64,000 nucleotides of DNA, from the NCBI GenBank assembly GCA_964016885.1, contig OZ024743.1, positions 130,758,001 through 130,822,000 on the forward strand, read 5' to 3'. The notes under the pieces are model-generated. The model saw only the letters and a list, made by a program, of their open reading frames with translations. It had not been told where the DNA came from and did not search any database. Position numbers and translations under genes: made by a program. This DNA comes from Eledone cirrhosa (taxonomy: Eukaryota). Shown here piece after piece: positions 1 through 12,130 of the stretch. Position 1 is the stretch's first letter, and each line of letters opens with the position of its first letter.

Positions 1-379
1 TGTTTGATGCTTGGTGTTTGCTGCTTGGTGCTTGGTGCTTGGTGTTTTGTGTTTGGTGCTTGGTGCCTGGTGCCTGGTGCTTGGTGCTTGGTGCTTGTTG
101 TTTGGTGCTTGGTGCTTGGTGATTAGTGTTTGGTGCTTGGTGCTTGCGGTTTGATGTTTGGTGCTTGGGGTTTGGTGTTTGGTGCTTGGTGCTTGGTGTT
201 TGGTGCTTGGTGCTTGGTGCTTGGTGTTTGGTGCTTGGTGCTTGGTGCTAGGTGTTTGGTGCTTGGTGCTTGGTGTTTGATGTTTGGTCCTTGGTGCTTG
301 GTGTTTGGTGTTTGGTGCTTGGTGCTTGGTGTTTGGTGTTTGGTGCTTGCTGCTTGCTGCTTGGTGTTTGGTGCTTGGT

Positions 380-3300
380 GATTGGTGCTTGGTGTTTAAT
401 GCCTGGTGCTTGCTGTTTGGTGTTTGGTGCTTGGTGCGTGGGACATAGTGTTTCGTGTTTGGTGGTTGGTGTTTGGTGATTGGTGTTTGGTGCTTGGTGT
501 TTGGGGCTTGGTGTTCGGTGCTTGGTGCTTGGTGCTTGGGGCTTGGTGTTTGGTGTTTGGTGCTTGGTGCTTGGTGTTTGATCTTGGGTCCTTGGTGCTT
601 GGTCTTTGGTGTTTGGTGCTTGGTGCTTGGTGTTTGGTGCTTGGTGCTTGGTGTTTGGTGTTTGGTGCTTGGTGCTTGGTGCTTGGGGCTTGGTGTTTGG
701 TGCTTGGTGCTTGGTGTTTGGTGCTTGGTGCTTGGGGCTTGGTAGTTGGTGCTTGGTGCTTGGTGCCTGGTGTTTGGTGTTTGGTGTTTGGTGCTTGGTG
801 TTTGGTGCTTGGTGCTGGGTGCTGGGTGGTTGGTGTTTGGTGCTTGGTGCTTGGTGTTTGGTGCTTGGTGCTTGGTGCTTGTTGTTTGGTGCTTGGTGCT
901 TGGTGCTTGGTCTTTGGTGCATGGTGTTTGGTGTTTGGCGCTTGGTGCTTGGTGCTTGGTGTTTGGTGCTTGGTGCTTGGTGCTTGGTGTTTGGTGCTTG
1001 GTTCTTGGTGATTAGTGTTTGTTGCTTGCTGCTTGGTGTTTGGTGTTTGGTGTTTGCTGTTTGGTGTCTGCTTTTTGGTGTTTGGTGTTTGCTGTATGGT
1101 GTTTGCTGTTTCGTATTTGGTTTTTGCTGTTTGGTGTTTGGTGTTTGCTGTTTTGTGTTTGGTGTTTGGTGCTTGGTGCTTGGTGCTTGGTGTTTGGCGT
1201 TTGGTGCTTGGAGCTTGGTGTTTGGTGCTTGGTGCTTGGTGTTTGGTGTTTGGTGCTTGGTGCCTGGTGCTTGGTGTTTGGTGTTTGCTGCTTGGTGTCT
1301 GGTGTTTGGTGCTTGGTGTTTGGTGCTTGGTGCTTGGTGCTTGGTGCTTGGTGTTTGGTGTTTGGTGCTTGGTGATTGGTGTTTGGTGTTTGGTGCTGGG
1401 TGCATGGAGTTTGGTGCTTGGTGCTTAGTGCTTGGTGTTTGGTGTTTGGTGCTTGGTGCTTGGTGTTTTGTGTTTGGTGCTTGGTGCTTGGTGCCTGGTG
1501 CTTGGTGCTTGGTGCTTGTTGTTTGGTGCTTGGTGCTTGGTGATTAGTGTTTGGTGCTTGGTCCTTGGGGTTTGCTGTTTGGTGCGTGGAGCTTGGTATT
1601 TGGTGCTTGGTGCTTGGTGTTTGGTGTTTGGTGCTTGGGGTTTGGTGTTTGGTGCTTGGTGCTTGGTGTTTGGTGCTTGGTGCTTGGTGTTTGGTGCTTG
1701 GTGCTTTGTGTTTGGTGCTTGGTGTTTGGTGCTTGGTGCTTGGTGCTTGGTGCTTGGTGTTAGGTGTTTGGTGCTTGGTGATTGGTGTTTGATGTTAGGT
1801 TCTTGGTGCTTGGTGTTTGGTGTTTGGTGCTTGGTACTTGGTGTTTGGTGTTTGGTGGTTGCTGCTTGGTGCTTGGTGTTTTGTGTTTGGTGTTTGGTGC
1901 TTGGTGTTTGGTGCTTCGGTCTTGGTGTTTGGTGTTTGGTGATTGCTGCTTGTTGCTTGGTGTTTGGTGCTTGGTGCTTGGTGATTAGTGTTTGTTGATT
2001 GGTGATTGGGGTTTGCTGTTTGGTGCTTGGTGTTTGGTGCTTGGTGCTTGATGTTTGGTGTTTGGTGTTTGGTTCTTGGTGCTTGGTGCTTGGTGTTTGG
2101 TGCTAGGGGCTTGGTGCTTGGTGCTTGGTGTTTAGTGCCTGGTGCTTGCTGTTTGGTGTTTGGTGCTTGGTGCGTGGGACATAGTGTTTGGTGTTTGGTG
2201 CTTGGTGTTTGGTGATTGGTGTTTGGTGCTTGGTGTTTGGGGCTTGGTGTTCGGTGCTTGGTGCTTGGTGCTTGGGGCTTGGTGTTTGGTGTTTGGTGCT
2301 TGGTGCTTGGTGTTTGATCTTGGGTCCTTGGTGCTTGGTCTTTGGTGTTTGGTGCTTGGTGCTTGGTGTTTGGTGCTTGGTGCTTGGTGTTTGGTGTTTG
2401 GTGCTTGGTGCTTGGGGCTTGGTGTTTGGTGCTTGGTGCTTGGTGTTTGGTGCTTGGTGCTTGGGGCTTGGTAGTTGGTGCTTGGTGCTTGGTGCCTGGT
2501 GTTTGGTGTTTGGTGTTTGGTGCTTGGTGTTTGGTGCTTGGTGCTTGGTGCTGGGTGGTTGGTGTTTGGTGCTTGGTGCTTGGTGTTTGGTGCTTGGTCC
2601 TTGGTGCTTGTTGTTTGGTGCTTGGTGCTTGGTGCTTGGTCTTTGGTGCATGGTGTTTGGTGTTTGGCGCTTGGTGCTTGGTGCTTGGTGTTTGGTGCTT
2701 GGTGCTTGGTGCTTGGTGTTTGGTGCTTGGTTCTTGGTGATTAGTGTTTGTTGCTTGGTGCTTGGTGTTTGGTGTTTGGTGTTTGCTGTTTGGTGTCTGC
2801 TTTTTGGTGTTTGGTGTTTGCTGTATGGTGTTTGCTGTTTCGTATTTGGTTTTTGCTGTTTGGTGTTTGGTGTTTGCTGTTTTGTGTTTGGTGTTTGGTG
2901 CTTGGTGCTTGGTGCTTGGTGTTTGGCGTTTGGTGCTTGGAGCTTGGTGTTTGGTGCTTGGTGCTTGGTGTTTGGTGTTTGGTGCTTGGTGCCTGGTGCT
3001 TGTTGTATGGTGTTTGGTGCTTGGTGCTTGGTGTTTGGTGTTTGCTGCTTGGTGTCTGGTGTTTGGTGCTTGGTGTTTGGTGCTTGGTGCTTGGTGCTTG
3101 GTGCTTGGTGTTTGGTGTTTGGTGCTTGGTGCTTGGTGTTTGGTGTTTGGTGCTGGGTGCATGGAGTTTGGTGCTTGGTGCTTAGTGCTTGGTGTTTGGT
3201 GTTTGGTGCTTGGTGCTTGGTGTTTTGTGTTTCGTGCTTGGTGCTTGGTGCCTGGTGCTTGGTGCTTGGTGCTTGTTGTTTGGTGCTTGGTGCTTGGTGA

Positions 3301-3750
3301 TTAGTGTTTGGTGCTTGGTCCTTGGGGTTTGCTGTTTGGTGCGTGGAGCTTGGTATTTGGTGCTTGGTGCTTGGTGTTTGGTGTTTGGTGCTTGGGGTTT
3401 GGTGTTTGGTGCTTGGTGCTTGGTGTTTGGTGCTTGGTGCTTGGTGTTTGGTGCTTGGTGCTTTGTGTTTGGTGCTTGGTGTTTGGTGCTTGGTGCTTGG
3501 TGCTTGGTGCTTGGTGTTAGGTGTTTGGTGCTTGGTGATTGGTGTTTGATGTTAGGTTCTTGGTGCTTGGTGTTTGGTGTTTGGTGCTTGGTACTTGGTG
3601 TTTGGTGTTTGGTGGTTGCTGCTTGGTGCTTGGTGTTTTGTGTTTGGAGTTTGGTGCTTGGTGTTTGGTGCTTCGGTCTTGGTGTTTGGTGTTTGGTGAT
3701 TGCTGCTTGTTGCTTGGTGTTTGGTGCTTGGTGCTTGGTGATTAGTGTTT
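380..3750 (+). repeat. Tandem duplication of an approximately 1.73-1.76 kb higher-order unit (about 380-2000 and 2110-3750)
   Basis: Marker offsets: GTGGGAC-ATAGTGT 438 to 2174 (1736 = 248x7); landmarks 1005 to 2734 (1729 = 247x7) and 1537 to 3294 (1757 = 251x7). Confidence 0.85.
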
Positions 3751-5039
3751 GGTGATTGGTGCTTGGGGTTTGCTGTTTGGTGCTTGGTGTTTGGTGCTTG
3801 GTGCTTGATGTTTGGTGATTGGTGTTTGGTTCTTGGTGCTTGGTGCTTGGTGTTTGGTGCTTGGTGCTTGGTGCTTGGTGCTTGGTGTTTGGTGTTTGAT
3901 GCTGCGTGCTTGGTGTTTGGTGTTTGGTGCTTGGTGCTTGGTGTTTGGTGTTTGGAGCTTGATTCCTGCTGCTTGTTGTTTGGTGTTTGGTGCTTGGTGC
4001 TTGGTGTTTGGTGTTTGGTGCTTGGTGCTTGGTGCTTGGTATCTGGTGTTTGGTGCTTGGTGTTTGGTGTTTGGTGCTTGGTGCTTGGTGTTTGGTGCTT
4101 GGTGTTTGGTGTTTGGTGTTTGATGCTTGGTGTTTGCTGCTTGGTGCTTGGTGCTTGGTGTTTTGTGTTTGGTGCTTGGTGCCTGGTGCCTGGTGCTTGG
4201 TGCTTGGTGCTTGTTGTTTGGTGCTTGGTGCTTGGTGATTAGTGTTTGGTGCTTGGTGCTTGCGGTTTGATGTTTGGTGCTTGGGGTTTGGTGTTTGGTG
4301 CTTGGTGCTTGGTGTTTGGTGCTTGGTGCTTGGTGCTTGGTGTTTGGTGCTTGGTGCTTGGTGTTAGGTGTTTGGCGCTTGGTGCTTGGTGTTTGATGTT
4401 TGGTCCTTGGTGCTTGGTGTTTGGTGTTTGGTGCTTGGTGCTTGGTGTTTGGTGTTTGGTGCTTGCTGCTTGCTGCTTGGTGTTTGGTGCTTGGTGATTG
4501 GTGCTTGGTGTTTTGTGCTTGGTGCTTGGTGCTTGGTATCTGGTGTTTGGTGCTTGGTGTTTGGTGTTTGGTGCTTGGTGCTTGGTGTTTGGTGCTTGGT
4601 GTTTGGTGTTTGGTGTTTGATGCTTGGTGTTTGCTGCTTGGTGCTTGGTGCTTGGTGTTTTGTGTTTGGTGCTTGGTGCTTGGTGCTTGGTATCTGGTGT
4701 TTGGTGCTTGGTGTTTGGTGTTTGGTGCTTGGTGCTTGGTGTTTGGTGCTTGGTGTTTGGTGTTTGGTGTTTGATGCTTGGTGTTTGCTGCTTGGTGCTT
4801 GGTGCTTGGTGTTTTGTGTTTGGTGCTTGGTGCCTGGTGCCTGGTGCTTGGTGCTTGGTGCTTGTTGTTTGGTGCTTGGTGCTTGGTGATTAGTGTTTGG
4901 TGCTTGGTGCTTGCGGTTTGATGTTTGGTGCTTGGGGTTTGGTGTTTGGTGCTTGGTGCTTGGTGTTTGGTGCTTGGTGCTTGGTGCTTGGTGTTTGGTG
5001 CTTGGTGCTTGGTGTTAGGTGTTTGGTGCTTGGTGCTTG

Positions 5040-8000
5040 GTGTTTGATGTTTGGTCCTTGGTGCTTGGTGTTTGGTGTTTGGTGCTTGGTGCTTGGTGTT
5101 TTGTGTTTGGTGCTTGCTGCTTGCTGCTTGGTGTTTGGTGCTTGGTGATTGGTGCTTGGTGTTTTGTGCTTGGTGCTTGGTGTTTGGTGTTTGGTGCTAG
5201 GGGCTTGGTGCTTGGTGCTTGGTGTTTGGTGCCTGGTGCTTGCTGTTTGGTTTTTGGTGCTTGGTGCGTGGGACATAGTGTTTGGTGTTTGGTGCTTGGT
5301 GTTTGGTGATTGGTGTTTGGTGCTTGGTGTTTGGGGCTTGGTGTTCGGTGCTTGGTGCTTGGTGCTTGGGGCTTGGTGTTTGGTGTTTGGTGCTTGGTGC
5401 TTGGTGTTTGATCTTGGGTCCTTGGTGCTTGGTCTTTGGTGTTTGGTGCTTGGTGCTTGGTGTTTGGTGCTTGGTGCTTGGTGTTTGGTGTTTGGTGCTT
5501 GGTGCTTGGGGCTTGGTGTTTGGTGCTTGGTGCTTGGTGTTTGGTGCTTGGTGCTTGGGGCTTGGTAGTTGGTGCTTGGTGCTTGGTGCCTGGTGTTTGG
5601 TGTTTGGAGTTTGGTGCTTGGTGTTTGGTGCTTGGTGCTTGGTGCTGGGTGGTTGGTGTTTGGTGCTTGGTGCTTGGTGTTTGGTGCTTGGTGCTTGGTG
5701 CTTGTTGTTTGGTGCTTGGTGGTTGGTGCTTGGTCTTTGGTGCATGGTGTTTGGTGTTTGGCGCTTGGTGCTTGGTGCTTGGTGTTTGGTGCTTGGTGCT
5801 TGGTGCTTGGTGTTTGGTGCTTGGTGGTTGGTGCTTGGTCTTTGGTGCATGGTGTTTGGTGTTTGGCGCTTGGTGCTTGGTGCTTGGTGTTTGGTGCTTG
5901 GTGCTTGGTGCTTGGTGTTTGGTGCTTGGTTCTTGGTGATTAGTGTTTGTTGCTTGGTGCTTGGGGTTTGGTGGTTGGTCCTTGGTGCTTGGTGTTTGGT
6001 GTTTGCTGTATGGTGTTTGCTGTTTCGTATTTGGTTTTTGCTGTTTGGTGTTTGGTGTTTGCTGTTTTGTGTTTGGTGTTTGGTGCTTGGTGCTTGGTGC
6101 TTGGTGTTTGGCGTTTGGTGCTTGGAGCTTGGTGTTTGGTGCTTGGTGCTTGGTGTTTGGTGTTTGGTGCTTGGTGCCTGGTGCTTGTTGTATGGTGTTT
6201 GGTGCTTGGTGCTTGGTGTTTGGTGTTTGCTGCTTGGTGTCTGGTGTTTGGTGCTTGGTGTTTGGTGCTTGGTGCTTGGTGCTTGGTGCTTGGTGTTTGG
6301 TGTTTGGTGCTTGGTGCTTGGTGTTTGGTGTTTGGTGCTGGGTGCATGGAGTTTGGTGCTTGGTGCTTAGTGCTTGGTGTTTGGTGTTTGGTGCTTGGTA
6401 TTTGGTGTTTGGTGTTTGATGCTTGGTGTGTGGTGCTTGGTGATTGGTGTTTTGTGTTTGGTGCTTGGTGCTTGGTGCCTGGTGCTTGGTGCTTGGTGCT
6501 TGTTGTTTGGTGCTTGGTGCTTGGTGATTAGTGTTTGGTGCTTGGTCCTTGGGGTTTGCTGTTTGGTGCGTGGAGCTTGGTATTTGGTGCTTGGTGCTTG
6601 GTGTTTGGTGTTTGGTGCTTGGGATTTGGTGTTTGGTGCTTGGTGCTTGGTGTTTGGTGCTTGGTGTTTGGTGTTTGGTGCTTGGTGCTTTGTGTTTGGT
6701 GCTTGGTGTTTGGTGCTTGGTGCTTGGTGCTTGGGGCTTGGTGTTAGGTGTTTGGTGCTTGGTGATTGGTGTTTGATGTTAGGTTCTTGGTGCTTGGTGT
6801 TTGGTGTTTGGTGCTTGGTACTTGGTGTTTGGTGTTTGGTGGTTGCTGCTTGGTGCTTGGTGTTTTGTGTTTGGAGTTTGGTGCTTGGTGTTTGGTGCTT
6901 CGGTCTTGGTGTTTGGTGTTTGGTGATTGCTGCTTGTTGCTTGGTGTTTGGTGCTTGGTGCTTGGTGATTAGTGTTTGGTGATTGGTGCTTGGGGTTTGC
7001 TGTTTGGTGCTTGGTGTTTGGTGCTTGGTGCTTGCTGTTTGGTGTTTGGTGTTTGGAGCTTGGTTCCTGCTGCTTGTTGTTTGGTGTTTGGTGCTTGGTG
7101 CTTGGTGTTTGGTGTTTGGTGCTTGGTGCTTGGTGCTTGGTATCTGGTGTTTGGTGCTTGGTGTTTGGTGTTTGGTGCTTGGTGCTTGGTGTTTGGTGCT
7201 TGGTGTTTGGTGTTTGGTGTTTGATGCTTGGTGTTTGCTGCTTGGTGCTTGGTGCTTGGTGTTTTGTGTTTGGTGCTTGGTGCCTGGTGCCTGGTGCTTG
7301 GTGCTTGGTGCTTGTTGTTTGGTGCTTGGTGCTTGGTGATTAGTGTTTGGTGCTTGGTGCTTGCGGTTTGATGTTTGGTGCTTGGGGTTTGGTGTTTGGT
7401 GCTTGGTGCTTGGTGTTTGGTGCTTGGTGCTTGGTGCTTGGTGTTTGGTGCTTGGTGTTGGTGTTTGGTGTTTGGTGCTTGGTGCTTGGTGTTTGATGTT
7501 TGGTCCTTGGTGCTTGGTGTTTGGTGTTTGGTGCTTGGTGCTTGGTGTTTGGTGTTTGGTGCTTGCTGCTTGCTGCTTGGTGTTTGGTGCTTGGTGATTG
7601 GTGCTTGGTGTTTTGTGCTTGGTGCTTGGTGCTTGGTATCTGGTGTTTGGTGCTTGGTGTTTGGTGTTTGGTGCTTGGTGTTTGGTGTTTGGTGTTTGAT
7701 GCTTGGTGTTTGCTGCTTGGTGCTTGGTGCTTGGTGTTTTGTGTTTGGTGCTTGGTGCTTGGTGCTTGGTATCTGGTGTTTGGTGCTTGGTGTTTGGTGT
7801 TTGGTGCTTGGTGCTTGGTGTTTGGTGCTTGGTGTTTGGTGTTTGGTGTTTGATGCTTGGTGTTTGCTGCTTGGTGCTTGGTGCTTGGTGTTTTGTGTTT
7901 GGTGCTTGGTGCCTGGTGCCTGGCGCTTGGTGCTTGGTGCTTGTTGTTTGGTGCTTGGTGCTTGGTGATTAGTGTTTGGTGCTTGGTGCTTGCGGTTTGA

Positions 8001-11000
8001 TGTTTGGTGCTTGGGGTTTGGTGTTTGGTGCTTGGTGCTTGGTGTTTGGTGCTTGGTGCTTGGTGCTTGGTGTTTGGTGCTTGGTGCTTGGTGTTAGGTG
8101 TTTGGTGCTTGGTGCTTGGTGTTTGGTGTTTGGTGCTTGCTGCTTGCTGCTTGGTGTTTGGTGCTTGGTGATTGGTGCTTGGTGTTTTGTGCTTGGTGCT
8201 TGGTGTTTGGTGTTTGGTGCTAGGGGCTTGGTGCTTGGTGCTTGGTATTTGGTGCCTGGTGCTTGCTGTTTGGTTTTTGGTGCTTGGTGCGTGGGACATA
8301 GTGTTTGGTGTTTGGTGCTTGGTGTTTGGTGATTGGTGTTTGGTGCTTGGTGTTTGGGGCTTGGTGTTCGGTGCTTGGTGCTTGGTGCTTGGGGCTTGGT
8401 GTTTGGTGTTTGGTGCTTGGTGCTTGGTGTTTGATCTTGGGTCCTTGGTGCTTGGTCTTTGGTGTTTGGTGCTTGGTGCTTGGTGTTTGGTGCTTGGTGC
8501 TTGGTGTTTGGTGTTTGGTGCTTGGTGCTTGGGGCTTGGTGTTTGGTGCTTGGTGCTTGGTGTTTGGTGCTTGGTGCTTGGGGCTTGGTAGTTGGTGCTT
8601 GGTGCTTGGTGCCTGGTGTTTGGTGTTTGGAGTTTGGTGCTTGGTGTTTGGTGCTTGGTGTTTGATGTTTGGTCCTTGGTGCTTGGTGTTTGGTGTTTGG
8701 TGCTTGGTGCTTGGTGTTTTGTGTTTGGTGCTTGCTGCTTGCTGCTTGGTGTTTGGTGCTTGGTGATTGGTGCTTGGTGTTTTGTGCTTGGTGCTTGGTG
8801 TTTGGTGTTTGGTGCTAGGGGCTTGGTGCTTGGTGCTTGGTGTTTGGTGCCTGGTGCTTGCTGTTTGGTTTTTGGTGCTTGGTGCGTGGGACATAGTGTT
8901 TGGTGTTTGGTGCTTGGTGTTTGGTGATTGGTGTTTGGTGCTTGGTGTTTGGGGCTTGGTGTTCGGTGCTTGGTGCTTGGTGCTTGGGGCTTGGTGTTTG
9001 GTGTTTGGTGCTTGGTGCTTGGTGTTTGATCTTGGGTCCTTGGTGCTTGGTCTTTGGTGTTTGGTGCTTGGTGCTTGGTGTTTGGTGCTTGGTGCTTGGT
9101 GTTTGGTGTTTGGTGCTTGGTGCTTGGGGCTTGGTGTTTGGTGCTTGGTGCTTGGTGTTTGGTGCTTGGTGCTTGGGGCTTGGTAGTTGGTGCTTGGTGC
9201 TTGGTGCCTGGTGTTTGGTGTTTGGAGTTTGGTGCTTGGTGTTTGGTGCTTGGTGCTTGGTGCTGGGGGGTTGGTGTTTGGTGCTTGGTGCTTGGTGTTT
9301 GGTGCTTGGTGCTTGGTGCTTGTTGTTTGGTGCTTGGTGGTTGGTGCTTGGTCTTTGGTGCATGGTGTTTGGTGTTTGGCGCTTGGTGCTTGGTGCTTGG
9401 TGTTTGGTGCTTGGTGCTTGGTGCTTGGTGTTTGGTGCTTGGTTCTTGGTGATTAGTGTTTGTTGCTTGGTGCTTGGGGTTTGGTGGTTGGTCCTTGGTG
9501 CTTGGTGTTTGGTGTTTGGTGTTTGGTGTTTGGTGTTTGCTGTTTGGTGTCTGCTTTTTGGTGTTTGGTGTTTGCTGTATGGTGTTTGCTGTTTCGTATT
9601 TGGTTTTTGCTGTTTGGTGTTTGGTGTTTGCTGTTTTGTGTTTGGTGTTTGGTGCTTGGTGCTTGGTGCTTGGTGTTTGGCGTTTGGTGCTTGGAGCTTG
9701 GTGTTTGGTGCTTGGTGCTTGGTGTTTGGTGTTTGGTGCTTGGTGCCTGGTGCTTGTTGTATGGTGTTTGGTGCTTGGTGCTTGGTGTTTGGTGTTTGCT
9801 GCTTGGTGTCTGGTGTTTGGTGCTTGGTGTTTGGTGCTTGGTGCTTGGTGCTTGGTGCTTGGTGTTTGGTGTTTGGTGCTTGGTGCTTGGTGTTTGGTGT
9901 TTGGTGCTGGGTGCATGGAGTTTGGTGCTTGGTGCTTAGTGCTTGGTGTTTGGTGTTTGGTGCTTGGTATTTGGTGTTTGGTGTTTGATGCTTGGTGTGT
10001 GGTGCTTGGTGATTGGTGTTTTGTGTTTGGTGCTTGGTGCTTGGTGCCTGGTGCTTGGTGCTTGGTGCTTGTTGTTTGGTGCTTGGTGCTTGGTGATTAG
10101 TGTTTGGTGCTTGGTCCTTGGGGTTTGCTGTTTGGTGCGTGGAGCTTGGTATTTGGTGCTTGGTGCTTGGTGTTTGGTGTTTGGTGCTTGGGATTTGGTG
10201 TTTGGTGCTTGGTGCTTGGTGTTTGGTGCTTGGTGCTTGGTGTTTGGTGCTTGGTGCTTTGTGTTTGGTGCTTGGTGTTTGGTGCTTGGTGCTTGGTGCT
10301 TGGTGCTTGGTGTTAGGTGTTTGGTGCTTGGTGATTGGTGTTTGATGTTAGGTTCTTGGTGCTTGGTGTTTGGTGTTTGGTGCTTGGTACTTGGTGTTTG
10401 GTGTTTGGTGGTTGCTGCTTGGTGCTTGGTGTTTTGTGTTTGGAGTTTGGTGCTTGGTGTTTGGTGCTTCGGTCTTGGTGTTTGGTGTTTGGTGATTGCT
10501 GCTTGTTGCTTGGTGTTTGGTGCTTGGTGCTTGGTGATTAGTGTTTGGTGATTGGTGCTTGGGGTTTGCTGTTTGGTGCTTGGTGTTTGGTGCTTGGTGC
10601 TTGCTGTTTGGTGTTTGGTGTTTGGAGCTTGGTTCCTGCTGCTTGTTGTTTGGTGTTTGGTGCTTGGTGCTTGGTGTTTGGTGTTTGGTGCTTGGTGCTT
10701 GGTGCTTGGTATCTGGTGTTTGGTGCTTGGTGTTTGGTGTTTGGTGCTTGGTGCTTGGTGTTTGGTGCTTGGTGTTTGGTGTTTGGTGTTTGATGCTTGG
10801 TGTTTGCTGCTTGGTGCTTGGTGCTTGGTGTTTTGTGTTTGGTGCTTGGTGCCTGGTGCCTGGTGCTTGGTGTTTGGTGCTTGGTGCTTGGTGCTTGGTG
10901 CTTGGTGTTTGGTGCTTGGTGTTGGTGTTTGGTGTTTGGTGCTTGGTGCTTGGTGTTTGATGTTTGGTCCTTGGTGCTTGGTGTTTGGTGTTTGGTGCTT

Positions 11001-12130
11001 GGTGCTTGGTGTTTGGTGTTTGGTGCTTGCTGCTTGCTGCTTGGTGTTTGGTGCTTGGTGATTGGTGCTTGGTGTTTTGTGCTTGGTGCTTGGTGCTTGG
11101 TATCTGGTGTTTGGTGCTTGGTGTTTGGTGTTTGGTGCTTGGTGCTTGGTGTTTGGTGCTTGGTGTTTGGTGTTTGGTGTTTGATGCTTGGTGTTTGCTG
11201 CTTGGTGCTTGGTGCTTGGTGTTTTGTGTTTGGTGCTTGGTGCTTGGTGCTTGGTATCTGGTGTTTGGTGCTTGGTGTTTGGTGTTTGGTGCTTGGTGCT
11301 TGGTGTTTGGTGCTTGGTGTTTGGTGTTTGGTGTTTGATGCTTGGTGTTTGCTGCTTGGTGCTTGGTGCTTGGTGTTTTGTGTTTGGTGCTTGGTGCCTG
11401 GTGCCTGGCGCTTGGTGCTTGGTGCTTGTTGTTTGGTGCTTGGTGCTTGGTGATTAGTGTTTGGTGCTTGGTGCTTGCGGTTTGATGTTTGGTGCTTGGG
11501 GTTTGGTGTTTGGTGCTTGGTGCTTGGTGTTTGGTGCTTGGTGCTTGGTGCTTGGTGTTTGGTGCTTGGTGCTTGGTGTTAGGTGTTTGGTGCTTGGTGC
11601 TTGGTGTTTGGTGTTTGGTGCTTGCTGCTTGCTGCTTGGTGTTTGGTGCTTGGTGATTGGTGCTTGGTGTTTTGTGCTTGGTGCTTGGTGTTTGGTGTTT
11701 GGTGCTAGGGGCTTGGTGCTTGGTGCTTGGTATTTGGTGCCTGGTGCTTGCTGTTTGGTTTTTGGTGCTTGGTGCGTGGGACATAGTGTTTGGTGTTTGG
11801 TGCTTGGTGTTTGGTGATTGGTGTTTGGTGCTTGGTGTTTGGGGCTTGGTGTTCGGTGCTTGGTGCTTGGTGCTTGGGGCTTGGTGTTTGGTGTTTGGTG
11901 CTTGGTGCTTGGTGTTTGATCTTGGGTCCTTGGTGCTTGGTCTTTGGTGTTTGGTGCTTGGTGCTTGGTGTTTGGTGCTTGGTGCTTGGTGTTTGGTGTT
12001 TGGTGCTTGGTGCTTGGGGCTTGGTGTTTGGTGCTTGGTGCTTGGTGTTTGGTGCTTGGTGCTTGGGGCTTGGTAGTTGGTGCTTGGTGCTTGGTGCCTG
12101 GTGTTTGGTGTTTGGAGTTTGGTGCTTGGT
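5040..12130 (+). repeat. Tandem duplication of an approximately 3.5-3.6 kb higher-order unit (about 5040-8650 and 8660-12130)
   Basis: Shared local variants: TTGGGAT 6619 to 10188 (3569), CTGGCGC 7920 to 11405 (3485), 6-bp unit TTGGTG 7452 to 10916, GTGGGAC 5268 to 8886 (3618). Each offset is 7n-1, consistent with one included 6-bp unit. Confidence 0.85.
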